This document shows positions 1 to 12,089 of a stretch of DNA of 64,000 nucleotides, in pieces. Made by a program: the position numbers and the translations under genes. This stretch comes from Cetorhinus maximus (taxonomy: Eukaryota): contig NC_135901.1 in NCBI RefSeq assembly GCF_964194155.1, positions 23,126,001-23,190,000 on the forward strand, written 5' to 3'. How positions within the stretch are numbered: position 1 is the stretch's first letter; each line of letters begins with the position of its first letter. Below the pieces are notes generated by a model. That model did no database searches. It had not been told where the DNA came from and was given only the letters and a program-made list of their open reading frames with translations.

Positions 1-388
1 GTCCCTCTTGCCTTAAAATCCACCACCATCACCCTCCTGAGAAGAAACAAACCTTTATCCCACCATCATTACAAACTACCACCCCATCTCCAAACTCCCT
101 TTTCTCTACAAAGTCCTTGAACTTGGTGTCCCCCAAGTATCTATCCTTGGCCCCTCCTATTTCTCATCTACAGACTGCCACTAGGCAACATCACCCAAAA
201 GCACCGTGTTAGTTTTCACATGTACACTGACAACGCCCAGCTCTACCTCACCACCATCCCTCTCCATTCCTCCACTGTTACTAAATTATCAAACTGCTTA
301 TCCGACACCAAGTACTGAATGAGCAGGAATTTTCTCCAATCAAAATTTGGGAAGACCAAAGCCATCGTCTTCAGTCACCACTTCGAAT
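1..388 (+). mobile_element. L2-clade LINE reverse transcriptase fragment (continues at 1332-1507)
   Basis: Degenerate GVPQxSILGPLLFLIY..PLG.I..KH.VSFHMY.D.AQLYL (RT motifs); resumes after the insert with PLPGNC.RLNHTVHNLGV.F. Confidence 0.75.
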
Positions 389-1331
389 TGTCAAGGAACT
401 ATCAGGTTTTTTCTGATGTTATTGTGGGATATTGTAAAGCAAGCTTATGGTTCTGTGTGTGTGGCTAATTTAATTAAACTAAAGACAATTAGACTGCAAG
501 GTTTAAATTATCAAAGGAGTGAGTTGTAAAAGAAGCATTTGAAATGGGGATGAGTGAGCTAGAATGAGGTCTCAGTGGATAAGGTGTGAAGGTAATTTAC
601 ATGTTTAGATAAATGAAGGAGTTGTTTGATTTTCAAAAGGATGGTATAATATTTACAACTGACAAGATAAGTCAGGCAAAGTGATTGCATTCGTTTTTCC
701 CAAAAGTGCTGGCCATAATAACAACGTGAAAGATTTTTGTATTCTGGGAAAAGTAACTTCTAAAGACAAAGAGAAACAATGAGATTTACAAATCAAAAGG
801 TATAAAATATATTTAAAGAAGGATGGAAAGTTGTGTGTGGTATGGCCATGTGAGACCTTGAAAGGTGCAACGTGTGAAACAGACAAGGGGGAAAAAGGCC
901 CGAGCCACCTTGAATAAGCTTGCTGTTCCAGTAACCAAGGTTGTGTTAAAAGCCTTTGGAATTCCACTGTCGAGTGGGTGCTTGTGTTAATAGTGCTGAA
1001 TGTCTTTATAAATTCAGAATCTATTTGGGCTTTTGCCTTAAAGGAAGTATGTAGATGATAGTCTGGTCAAGTACGAATTTTGAGAAATGCTTATAAGATT
1101 AAGTAACCGTGTAACTGTGATTTTGTGTGTATGTGTTTAAGTTTTTTCTTCTTTTGTTAATAAATACTTTAATTTAACCTTTAAAATCTCTGAAGGCGGT
1201 CGTGGACTCATTACTTCTGACTTCAGTGCACAAGCCTCCTTGTAATAAATGCAAATAGCAAAATCATTGTGATAGTTTGGCCAAGTCTCCCTTGTGGATT
1301 TGATCAACCTGGAAAATTCTGTTCCATAACG
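389..1331. mobile_element. Solo LTR-like insertion
   Basis: Interrupts the L2 fragment; imperfect terminal inverted repeats tgtcaaggaac / gttccataacg; TATA-like site at 801, AATAAA at 1159 and 1244; no clear TSD. Confidence 0.5.
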
Positions 1332-1507
1332 GCCGTGTGCATCCCTCTCCCTGGGAACTGTTGGAGGCTCAACCACACTGTTCACAATCTTGGTGTCAGA
1401 TTTAACCCCAAGATAAGTTTCTGACCACATATCCACACCATCACTAACACCAGGTATTTCAATCTCCATAATGTCGCCTGTCTCCACCCCACCCCAGCCC
1501 AGCTCAT

Positions 1508-1910
1508 ATGGGACACTTGCCTTTATTAATCGAGGCATAGAATATAAAAGCAGGGAGGTTATGTTGGAGCTGTATAAAATGCGAGTTAGGCCACAGCTGG
1601 AGTACTGTGTGCAGTTCTGGTCACCAAACTATAGGAAGGATGTGATTGCACTGGAGAGGGTGAAGAGGAGATTCACCAGGATGTTGCCTGGGCTGGAGCA
1701 TTTCAGCTATGAAGAGAGGCTGGATAGGCTAGGGTTGTTTTCCTGAGAGCAGAGATGGCTGATGGGGGGACCTGATAGTGGTGTACAAAATTATGAGGGG
1801 CATAGATAGGGTAGATAAGAATAAACATTTCCCCTTAGTGGTGGTGTCAATAACCAGGGGGCATAGTTTGAAAATAAAGGGCAGGGGGTTTAGAGGGGAT
1901 TTGAGGAAAC
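1508..1910 (+). mobile_element. CR1 (HER1-like) LINE ORF2 C-terminal fragment
   Basis: ORF 1471-1746: LAFINRGIEYKSREVMLELYK..VRPQLEYCVQFWSP..RKD...LERV.RRFTRM. Confidence 0.9.
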
Positions 1911-2075
1911 AGCAAGATCCCACATGCAATCTGATAATGAGCAGATAATCTGTATTTGTGATGTTAATTTGAGTGTGGAAGGGGATGTGTAAAGATCTGG
2001 TCTTTGTATGGAGATGTGAACCAAGGAAATGGTACCTGTGTGTAATAGTGGTACAGCTTTGATTTCACATTCAGA

Positions 2076-2150
2076 GCTGGAAATCTGAAATAAAAACAGA
2101 AAATGTGGGGAAAAACTCAGCAGGTCTGGTAGCATCTGTGGAGAGAGTTT
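2076..2150 (-). mobile_element. Penelope-like terminal fragment
   Basis: gctggaaatctgaaataaaaacagaaaatg...ctcagcaggtctggtagcatctgtggagagag, same family as copies at 10241, 29040, 45051, 62413. Confidence 0.6.
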
Positions 2151-2269
2151 GTTCAAAGAGGTAGGTTTGAAGGAGTGTCTTAAAGGAGAAAAGAAAGGCT
2201 CAAGAGGCCAGAATTAGATGAGCGCAGAGATCTCAGGTGTGTCCTTCTAATCGTTGACTTACACAGCCC

Positions 2270-2660
2270 CCAGATTCAGCAGCAACTCAATTTTAAAGTT
2301 CTCACCCTTGTTTTCAAATTCCTCGACACCTCACCCCTCCCTATTTCTGTCATCTCCTTCAGCCCCACAGCTTTCTGAGATCTCCGTGCTCATCTAATTC
2401 TGACCTCTTGAGCATCCCCATTTTCAATTGCTTCAGCATTAGTGGGCGTGCCAAGCCATGAGCTCTGGAATTCCCTTCAGAAATCTCTCCACCTCTGTGC
2501 CTTTCTTTCCTACTTTAAGACACTCCTTCAAACCTACCTCTTTGACCAAACTCCAGATCATTTGCCCCAATATCTCCTTATATGTCTCAGTGTCAGATGT
2601 TACTTGTAAAACTCCCATAAAACAACATACATCAAAGGTGTTATATAAATGTAAGTCAAT
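2270..2660 (+). mobile_element. L2 LINE 3' end
   Basis: FKVL.LVFK.L...P.Y...LLQP....R.LRSS-like coding remnant followed by L2-type tail ending tatataaatgtaag. Confidence 0.65.
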
Positions 2661-2820
2661 GTTGCAGACTTGGGCACACATTACCGTTTTAAATGTAAGT
2701 CAATGTTACAGGCTTGGACACACATCACCGTTATAAATGTAAGTCAATGTTGCAGACTTGGACACACATCACCGTTATAAATGTAATTCAATGTTACAGA
2801 CTTTGACACACATCACTGTT
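2644..2820 (+). repeat. 44-bp tandem repeat, 4 copies
   Basis: Unit aaatgtaagtcaatgttgcagacttggacacacatcaccgttat starts at 2647, 2691, 2735, 2779. Confidence 0.9.
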
Positions 2821-2849
2821 GCTTCATCACTGGATGAAGATCCTCTCAG

Positions 2850-3300
2850 TCACAGAATCACACAGAGCAGAAGAGGCCCTTCGGCCCATCGAGTCTGCAC
2901 CGACACGTGAGAACACCTGACCTACCTACTGAATCCCATTTACCAGCACTTGGCCCATAGCCTTGAATGTTATGATGTGCCAAGTGCTCATCCAGGTACT
3001 TTTTAAAGGATGTGAGGCATCCCGCCTCCAGCACCCTCCCAGGCAGCGCATTCCAGGCCATCACCACACTCTAGGTAAAAAGGTTTTTCCTCACATCCCC
3101 CCAAACCTCCTGCCCCTTACCTTGAACTTGTGTCCCCTTGTGACTGACCCTTCAACTAAGGGGAACAGCTGCACCCTATCCACCCTGTCCATGCCCCTCA
3201 TAATCTTGTACACCTCGATCACATCGCCCCTCAGTCTTCTCTGCTCCAACGAAAACAACCCAAGTCTATCCAATCTCCCTTCATAACTTAAATGCTTCAT
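2850..3300 (-). mobile_element. CR1 (HER1-like) LINE 3' end
   Basis: ORFs 3091-3300 and 2858-3067 (LFSLEQRRLRGD; WNALPG; FKKYLD); tail gatgggccgaagggcct..tgtgattctgtga. Confidence 0.9.
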
Positions 3301-3499
3301 CCCATCCTAACCTAACAATTTTGTGGAAGCCCCTTCACCACACGGGCTGCAGCGATTCAAGAACAAAACCCACCATCAATTTCTCAACAGGCAACAGGGG
3401 ATTGGCAATATGAGCTGGCCTTGCTACTGACTCCTATAAGCCCAACATAAATTAAAAGTATCTGCCTGTGTGAAACGGAATAACAGCTCCTACAAAAAT

Positions 3500-3900
3500 C
3501 CATGTTCCCCCAGCTCCCCGCCGCTCTCACTGAGGCTGCGCTCAGCCTGGAGCCGTACCGCGCATGCAGGCGGCTTCCGGGGGCGGGGCTTTCCTGCGCG
3601 TTGCTGCCCTTCTGATGGAGATAGGGCGTATTCACTCGCGCGGAGAGTCCTGGGTAGCTTCATCCGCCATTATTCATAAACTGTCCGTAGGGTAAGACGT
3701 CTGTTCCAGTACTTTTGATGCAGTCCGGTGTTTAATCCGAGCGGCCCGATACCCTTGATGTTTCTGCCAGTGACAGGACCGGGTGAGCAGCCGCCATCCT
3801 TATAGGGGCAATGGGCAGTCTGGCGCATGCGCGGCCGCTATCTCCATAGGGGCAGGGCGCATGCGCGGCCATCCTCGGACCGGATGCAGGAAGAAAAGAT
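3500..3900 (+). promoter_or_regulatory. CpG-island promoter of ZNF unit A
   Basis: CpG-rich; NRF1-like GCGCATGCGC at ~3823 and ~3857; ETS+GC box cttccgggggcgggg at ~3574; YY1-like ccgccat. Confidence 0.7.
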
Positions 3901-4100
3901 GTTGTGAATTTCTGCCCTGGATTCACAGTGAAATTCCTCTGGAAACTCCTTTTACAGGTGGTTAGAACAGGAGGATTCCCAAGCGGGAACCTCAAACCAA
4001 ATATCATGTCATGATCTGACAGTCACTCGATCATCAGGACCTGAATATCATCGGCCTCTGAATGTGGAAGGTGAAATGTCTGTGGGCAAAGATTTCAGAT
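3900..4100 (+). other. Promoter-proximal copy of the ZNF acceptor/leader module
   Basis: aactccttttacag then ..ctcaaaccaaatatcatgtcatgatctgacagtcactcga..ggacctgaatatcatcggcctctgaatgtggaagg, matching the ZNF exon head. Confidence 0.75.
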
Positions 4101-4309
4101 ATTAGACTGGGAAACTTTTAATGATGTTTTCAGGTTAAATGTGAGACCAATTACATCGATCTCATTGGGTAGGTTGAAGAATTTGTTCTATGCAGACAAA
4201 TTAACTCGTGTGCTTAAGTAAACATACTCGGCAGCTAAAAGAGCAAACCGTTGAGCTGTGTTATTCGTGAGAGTTACTATCCCAGTTTTGGGTAAAGTTT
4301 TTTTGTCCA

Positions 4310-5640
4310 TGTTGCAGTTCATTCAGCCCGTCATGTCCAAAATGGCCAATAAGTAGCCATCCAGCCTGATCCCAATTTCCAGATCTTGGTCTGCAGCCTC
4401 GTAGGTTAGGTCACTTCAAGTGTATCCGAGTGCCTTATAAATGTTATGAGGGGTTCTGTGTCTACCATCTTTTCAAGCAGTGGGTACAACTTCTCACCAC
4501 CCACTGGGTGAAAAAAAAATCCCTCGTATCTGCTCTAAACCTCCTATTTCTTTCCCTTCATTATGGACCCCTCCAACAAAGGGAATACTGCCTTCCTATC
4601 CAATCTATGGACCCCTCATAATTTTATACATTTTATTTAGGTCTCCCCTCAGCCTCCTCTGTTCCAAAGAAAACAATTCCAGCCTATCCATCCTTTCCTC
4701 ATTACTAAAATTCTCCATTCTTGGCACATCTTCTTATATCCCCCTCTGTAACTCTCTCTAGTGTGATCACATCCTTCCTGTACTGTACACAGTACTCTAG
4801 CTCTGGCATAACTAGTGTGTTATACCGTTCAAGCAGAACCTCCCTATTTTTATAATCCATGCCTCATTAGGGGTAATTATCCTGTATCCTTAATCACCTT
4901 ATCTACCTGCCCTGCTACCTTCAGGGATCTGTGGACATGAACTCCAAGATCTCTGTTCCTCTACAATTCTCAGTATCCTACCATCATGTGATCCTTTGCC
5001 TTCTTTTCCCTACAACTTTCTTCCGCACCATTAAGCACACAGCCATTTTTTGTATCATCATCAAACTTCTTATTCGTATGCCTACAGTTAAGCGTGAATC
5101 TAGTAAATAAACCATGAATGAAGGAACCAATACTGAGCCCTGTGAAACCCCACTGCAACCAGCCTTCCAGTCACAAAAAAACACCCATCAACCGTCATTC
5201 ATCACTTCCTGCCACTGAGCCAAATTTGGACTCAACTTGTAACTTGCTCTGGGGTCCCATCAGCTTCTATTTTTCTGTCCAGTCGGTCATGTGGGGCCTT
5301 GTCAATGTGGAGTGAATGTTTCCATTTGTGGGAGAATCCAAAATTAGGAGCCAGAAATACAAGATAGTTGTTGATAAATCCAATAGGGAAATATGGAGAA
5401 ATGTGTTTACTCAGAGAATGGTTAGAAAGTGGAACTCACTACCACAGGAAGTGGTTGTGGCAAAAAACTGAGATATTTTCAGAAGGAAACTAGATGAGTG
5501 CATGAGAGAAAAAGGAATAGAAAGATAAAGTGAGAGACTGAGCTGAGGTAGATGGAATTAAAGGAGAAGAGTGTGGAGTATAAAAGCCAGCACACACTAG
5601 TTGGGCCAATGGCCTCTTTCTATTCTGTATTTTCTGTAAT
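4310..5640. mobile_element. Old CR1 fragments (minus 4310-5305, plus 5306-5640)
   Basis: SGVSQGSVL / KFDDDTK RT remnants on minus; FTQRMVRKWNSLPQEVV on plus. Confidence 0.75.
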
Positions 5641-5662
5641 TTTATGTAAACTCTTTTTACAG

Positions 5663-6373
5663 GGTATTAGGAATCAAAGAAAAAGGAAAACCAATTATCG
5701 AGATCTGTCAGAGTCACTCGATTCATCAGGAACTGAATGTCATCAGCCCTTGAATGTGGAAGGAGAAATGTTTGTCCGTTCTGTCTGAGGGAAAAAAATT
5801 TCAAACATCAGTGTGACTGGAAAAGATACACACACACGTGAGTGAGGGTGTTCCAGTGAACGGATTATGGAAAGAGCTTTGACTAGTTACACAGCCTGAG
5901 AAAGCATCACACCATTTACAGCAGGGAGATCCTGTACATGTGTTGTGTGTGTGGACGAGGCTTCAACTGGTTATCAAACCCAGAGAGATACATGGACACC
6001 CACATCCAAGAGAAACCGTGGAAATGTGGGGACTGTGGGAAGGGTTTTTGTTGCCCGCCTGAGTTGGAAACCCATCGATACGTTCACACTGGGGAGAAGC
6101 CGTTCACATGCTCCGAGTGTGGGAAGGGGTTCATTAAATCATTCAACCTGCAGACACATCAGCGGGGAGAGGCCATTCACCTGCCCTGAGTGTGGAAAGG
6201 GATTCACTCGTTTGACCCACCTGCGGACACACCAGCGAGTTCACACTGGGGAGAGGCCGTTCACCTGCTCCGATTGTGGGAAGCGATTCGTTAAGTCATC
6301 TAACTTGCTGACACACCAGAGAGTTCACACTGGCGAGATGCCATTTGCCTGCTCTGAGTGGGGCTTGTTGTAA
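5663..6373 (+). pseudogene. C2H2 zinc-finger pseudogene A
   Basis: Acceptor at 5662; about 4 TGEKP-linked fingers; family start ATG replaced by CAA (6007); frameshift near 6160; truncated at ~6360. Confidence 0.85.
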
Positions 6374-7369
6374 CATGACAATTGGTTAACTTAATTGGAT
6401 CTCAAATTACTTACACCACCTTCTCTCATTATCTTAGACAGCAATACAATAGAACTGTTTCATACTATCCCTTTATCCGATTCCATAAAATCCCTTATAC
6501 AGTTTCAAATGTTGAGGCTAATCAGGGTTTGAAGGTCTCTCTTGCCAGTACATTTATCTTCATTGCACATTCTTCACATACAAAGCAATTAAGGTTTCAC
6601 ATTTTTACAGCAAATAAAACTCAAGTCTTTTACTATAACGATTGATTCATTATTGATTTATTAATTGTAATTCAATTGAGGCCCACTACTTATTCAATCA
6701 TCTGTTACTGACTGGTACCTAATTAATCCAGTAATGTTTAATTAATAGATTTGGTTAATACAAGATAGACTGGTTCAAAAAGACAGTTTGTGGAAGACAA
6801 TAGCTTTCTTACTAATCTTGATTGGATGGAACAATGGGCCTTATTCTTGAGCTGGATTTTGGCAGAATCTAATGTCCTGTAGCTTATCAAAATTAGAAAA
6901 GCATTTCTTTGTTTAAACAATTTCCATTGGGCCTGCAGTTTCTGGAAACATTTATGTTAAAGCAGTGTTTATGATAAAAAATAAAGATCCAGCCATATGT
7001 TAGAGTTTAAAATGGTTTCCTTGACCTTTTTATTTATAACAGTGAATACGGTATGAAAGTGATTGATTTTTAAAACTAAATTTGACTACCAAGGCCTACC
7101 TACAGTTTCATACATTACAACAGTGACTATACTTCAAAAGTACTTTATTGGCTGTAAAATGCTTTAGTAGGTCCTGTGGTCCTGAGAGACGTGACAGAAA
7201 TGCAGTTTTTTTCTAATTATCCACAAATTTGAATATGTTACACTTGGTCCCAGCATCAACATCATTGATCAGGATTGAATCTTAATTTTGTGCAATAGCC
7301 ATGTCTCTGACACCATTTTGAATGCTCTATAAAAATCCAAACACATTATATCCTGAATTAGGTGTTTTA

Positions 7370-8460
7370 AAGCACAGGGAGTTACTGTGATTTGGAATGC
7401 ACTGCCTGAAAATGGTGCAGAAAGCAGATTGGACTCTATCTTTCAAAAAGGAATTCGACAGATTCTTGAAAGTTAAAGAAAATTGCAGGGCTCTGGAATT
7501 AACTGGCTAGTTTCTCAAATATCTGGCATGAACAGGATGAACCAAATGGCCTCCTTCTGTGCTCTATGGGCCTTGTGTACATTTAATGTGAGTGGTGATG
7601 ACCTGGACTCCTCTTCCTATGAGTGTGCTAGAAGCAGAGATGATGGAATGATTTCAAAAGGAAATGGGATGAGCACTTGAGCCAAATAAACCTACAAGGA
7701 TCTGAGAATGGAACAGGCAATGTGACTGACTGGTTTTTCTCTACAGATTGCTGGCATGGACTCAGTGGGCTGAATGGCCCTATTCCCTATACTGAAGACT
7801 CAATGATCTAAAGAGAGGGATTTCAGCTGCTGGAGTCTCTCCAACTAACTGAAATCGTCATCCCTGGTGCCATTCGTATCAACCCTCTGTCCAGCCTTTC
7901 GAAGAACTTCACAAGTTTCCTTTAATGTAGAATCATGTGTAGGATTCCGTTCTAGAGGGATAGAATTGAAAAGCAGGGAGGTTATGTTCAACTTGTTTAG
8001 AACAGTGGTTAGATTACACTGTCAACGTTTGTGATCTCCATTTAGAAAAAATAAACAGAGGGACTGGAGAAGGTGCAACAAATATTCACAAGAGCGATAC
8101 CAGAACTGAGAGCATTTAACCATCAGGAAAGGCTGCGACTGCTTTTCTCTGGAAAAGAGAAGACTGAAGGGTGACCTGATGGAAGTCCTTAAGATTCTGA
8201 AGAAGTTCAGTAATCCAATGGAGATTTCTCGTGAAACGTTTTTACCCAGTGAGTGGTGAGAATGTGGAACTCAATTCCACAGCCATTGGTTGAGGGGAAC
8301 AGCATAAATAAATCTAAGAGGAAGCTAGATACAAATACGAGGGAGAAAGGAATAGAAGGATATGCTGACGGAGGAGATGAAGAGGGGTGGGTGGAGGCTC
8401 ATCTGGAACATAAATGCTGACATATACCAATTGAGCTGACTGGCCTGGCCCTGTGCTGCA
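7370..8460. mobile_element. Degraded CR1 3' fragments
   Basis: WNALP, LFSLEKRRLKGDL, FTQ.VVRMWNS remnants and CR1-type tails. Confidence 0.65.
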
Positions 8461-8756
8461 GACTCAAAGGAACAGAGACAAATGTATTTATTTTAGATCT
8501 ACCGGTAGTGGTAGGAAAAACACTATTTACTATCCAGGATAAATGTCATTCATCAGCTTTTGTGGATCATTTCAGTAGAAACATGCACTCCCAGGCTAAA
8601 AGAGCGTCCACCCACTGGAAGCAAAGTCATGAGACTGGCCAGCCCAGCAGAAAGAAACCCACTGACCCCCCCCACCCCACTTCACCAGCTGTCAGAATGA
8701 ACATGGTTCAGTCCTGGATGTGATTAATAGCAGCAATAACAGCAGAATCCCTGTAA

Positions 8757-10010
8757 TCACCTGTGAACTCGCTGGTGTGTCTGTAGGTGAGATGACTGAC
8801 TGAATCCCTTCCCACACACGGTGCAGGTGAATGGCCTCTCCCCAGTGTGAACTCGCAGGTGTGTTCGCAAGTTGAATGAATTAGTGAATCCCTTCCCACA
8901 CTCAGGGCAGATGAACGGCCTCTCTCCAGTGTGAACTTGCTGGTGTGTCAGCAGGTGGGATGACCGACAGAATCCCTTCCCACACTCAGAGCAGGTGAAC
9001 GGTCTCTCCCCAGTGTGAACTCGCTGGTGTGTATGCAGGGTGGATGAATCACTGAATCCCTTCCCACACTCGGAGCAGGTGAACAGCCTCTCCCCGGTGT
9101 GAACCCGCTGGTGTATCCGAAGGCTGGATGACGTTCTAAACCTCTTTATGCAGTGACAGCAGCTGAATGACCTCTCCTCAGTGTGAATGCGCAGGTGCAC
9201 TCTCAGATCTGCAGCAATTTTGAAGCCACTTCCACAGCCAGAGCATTTAAAGGGTCTCTCATTGGTGTGAGTGACATGGTGTGCCAGCAGGCTGGATGAC
9301 TGAGTGAATCGCTTCCCACACATGTTGCAGCTGAATGGCCTCTCCCCGGTGTGAACTCGCAGGTGGGTCCGTAGGGCGGATGAATGAGTGAATCCCTTCC
9401 CACACTCAGAACAGGTGAATGGCCTCTCCCCAGTGTGAACCCGCTGGTGTGTCTGCAAGTTGAATGAATTACTGAATCCCTTCCCACAATCAGAGCAGAT
9501 GAATAGACTCTCCCCAGTGTGGTGCATCAGCAGGTTGGATGACCGAGTGAATCCTTTCCCACATTCAGAGCAGGTGAATGGTCTCTCCCCAGTGTGAACT
9601 CGCTGATGCTTCCTCAAGGTGGATGAATCACTGAATCCCTTCCCACACTCAGAGCAGGAGAATGGCCTTTCCCCGGTGTGAACTCGCTTGTGTGTCAGGA
9701 GGTTGGATGAATGAGTGAATCCCTTCCCACACTCACAGCAGGTGAACGGCCTCTCCCCAGTGTGACTGCGTCGATGAATCTCCACCTTAGATAGGGATCT
9801 GAATCCCTTCCCACAGTCAGGGCAGGTGAATGGTCTCTCGCCGGTGTGAACGCCTTCGTGTTTCAATAAGTTGGATGAATTACTGAATCCCTTCCCACAC
9901 TCAGAGCAGGTGAATGGCCTCTCCCAAGTGTGACTGCGTTGATGAATCTCTAGCTCTGATGGGGATCTGAATCCCTTCTCACAGTCCCCACATTTCCACG
10001 GTTTCTCCAT
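8757..10010 (-). CDS. C2H2 zinc-finger protein B, 417 aa, 15 repeats (14 intact)
   Basis: Uninterrupted ORF from ggcaccATGG (strong Kozak) [10 protein letters not shown]; HTGERPF linkers; finger 6 has an in-frame 3-aa deletion. Confidence 0.9.
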   Translation of the reverse strand: MEKPWKCGDCEKGFRSPSELEIHQRSHTWERPFTCSECGKGFSNSSNLLKHEGVHTGERPFTCPDCGKGFRSLSKVEIHRRSHTGERPFTCCECGKGFTHSSNLLTHKRVHTGERPFSCSECGKGFSDSSTLRKHQRVHTGERPFTCSECGKGFTRSSNLLMHHTGESLFICSDCGKGFSNSFNLQTHQRVHTGERPFTCSECGKGFTHSSALRTHLRVHTGERPFSCNMCGKRFTQSSSLLAHHVTHTNERPFKCSGCGSGFKIAADLRVHLRIHTEERSFSCCHCIKRFRTSSSLRIHQRVHTGERLFTCSECGKGFSDSSTLHTHQRVHTGERPFTCSECGKGFCRSSHLLTHQQVHTGERPFICPECGKGFTNSFNLRTHLRVHTGERPFTCTVCGKGFSQSSHLQTHQRVHR

Positions 10011-10240
10011 GGTGCCAGTGTCCTTGTATCTTTCCAGGTTTGACAATCAGTTGAAGCCCGGTCCTCACACAGAACACGTGTACAGTCTCTCCCCACTGTG
10101 AAGGGTGTGATGTTTTTTCAGGCCCCAATAAATCAAGCGACTCTGTCAGATCTTGATGAGATGTTTGGTTTGAGATTTCTGTCTGCAAAATCTCCCCTTC
10201 TAAAACCCTGTAAAGGGAGTTTACAAAATTCATCAACGTA

Positions 10241-10443
10241 AAATAAAAACAAAATGCTGGAAAAACTCAATGTCTGAGAGCATCTGTGCAGAGAGAAACA
10301 GAGTTAATCTTTCAAGTCCATATGACTCATACGGACTTGAAACGTTAACTCTGATCTCTCAGGTGCTGTCAGACCTGCTGAGATTTTCCAGAATTTTCCA
10401 TTTTTATTTCAGATTTCCAGCATCCACAGTATTTTGCTTTTAT
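10241..10443. mobile_element. Fold-back (inverted) Penelope-like terminal element
   Basis: Arms gagttaatctttcaagtccatatga / tcatacggacttgaaacgttaactc centred at ~10326; flanking near-duplication aaaattcatca / aagattcatca. Confidence 0.75.
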
Positions 10444-11459
10444 AAGATTCATCACTGTCAGTACAGGATAGAAGTTCAAAAAAGACAACTCTAGTTTCTA
10501 TGGATCATTCTTTCCTCTCTCATTCCCCAAAAGTAACTCTATTCTCTCTTTGTTGTACATAATATTCACCCTAACCACTCTTCCGAAGCAGCGATTCATG
10601 CTGATCGACAGGTCCATGGTCATAGCTTCATGTTCTGGACACAGGGACCTGAAAATCTTTATGTGTGTATATGTGATAGACATGCATGAAACTAGATGAA
10701 AAATGTGTGATATGCAGTACTTCTTAATTAGAGATACAGTGGAAGGGGGATGTGAGGAAGAACTTTATGTCGGCAGTGAGAGGTCTTAATCTGCATCGCT
10801 GCCTATAAGGATGGTCGAAGCAGAGATGAATTATTGCAAAATGAAACTGGATGGGCACTTGAAGGAAATAAACTTACACAGGAACAGGGATATAGAGGGG
10901 GAATGGGATTGCCTCGATGGTTCTACAGAGAGTTGACATGGATTCGAGTTGCTGTGTCATGATGAGTCTATGATTGTAAATATGTACAATAATATATTAA
11001 AACAAGTAGAAATAACTATAAATATACTTTACTGCAGAACCATAAATAATATTTCTAATACGTACCTTATAACAGCACTAGACTTATCTCTGGCCTATAT
11101 TAATTTACCGTCCCCTTAAATGTCAGCCATCCCCTTGAAATGTGAACATTAGGAAGGAGGCCGTCCTCTTAGGCAGGCAAATAAACGTGTCAAGCTGAGA
11201 GAGCAAAAGATGTCAACGTCTTTAAGAGAGAGACAGAGAAAGAGAGAGACCTGGGCCAACCTTTCCAGACTCTGAACCCTCCCTGGGTTCACTTTCTTTC
11301 CCTTCAGCTCCTGCAAATCAACAATTTAAACCCAGAATTGGAAAAGAAATGGAAAGCGGGTGGAAAAAAAGTGTTTTACTCACAGATGTGGAACAGAGGA
11401 GGAAATTTAAGTGGGTGTGAAACTCATTGTCCAACTTACGCTTCAGACAATGGGGGAAA

Positions 11460-11900
11460 CTCCGTGTGGCCTTTGGCACAAAGCCCGCGCTCTGATTGGT
11501 TGGAACATCTGTGTCTTTCCGTTCCTCCAGTTATTCCTATTGGTCAAACTCTCGTATGAATCCAATGAGGAAGCGGAACCCGAGCCCACATGGGCAGGAG
11601 AGACTTTGACCTCCAGACGCGCTGAGCTATTGTCCAATCCGCAGTATCTTGCTTCTGTCACCAGTGTTATTCCTCCCAATGGTAGACTGTGCGCTGGGAA
11701 CGCCCCTTGAGTCATTGTGAAGTCCGCAATGAAATGCTGCCTGAATCAGCCAATAGGAATCATCCTGCTCCGCGGTGACGTCCTCGGGTTCCAATCTGCG
11801 CCAGACTCGCGGACACGGGAGCCCCGCCCTCACCCATTGTTCTCCCTCTCTCGAGCCAAGGTTGACGGCTTCGGCCAATGGGGAGCTCTGGAGGACCGGA
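11460..11900. promoter_or_regulatory. Candidate bidirectional promoter between divergent ZNF-B and ZNF-C
   Basis: CpG-rich; 8 CCAAT/ATTGG boxes (~11494, 11539, 11562, 11634, 11676, 11750, 11791, 11875); TGACGTC at ~11776; GC box at ~11822. Confidence 0.7.
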
Positions 11901-12089
11901 AGGACATTAATCCTCCAGCCAGTCAGAAGGTGGGCTCTGTGGCAATGAAGATGGAGATTCACAGGGATTAAATTTGTGTCCGAGATCTGTGAGTAAAAGA
12001 GTTTGTTTGTGTTAAAGAGAAAGAGAAGAGAAACAGGCAGGGTTTGGGAGGCTGAGGTTTTCAGGAGAAAAGAGAACATTTCAGTAATA

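Noticed and set aside
6380-7050. AT-rich block truncating ZNF-A, with an 87-aa ORF
   Set aside because: Could not be assigned; no termini or motifs recognised
9203-9487. Alternate-frame ORFs over ZNF arrays (GRDSL.., WEGIH.. repeats)
   Set aside because: Shadow frames of the repetitive finger coding sequence
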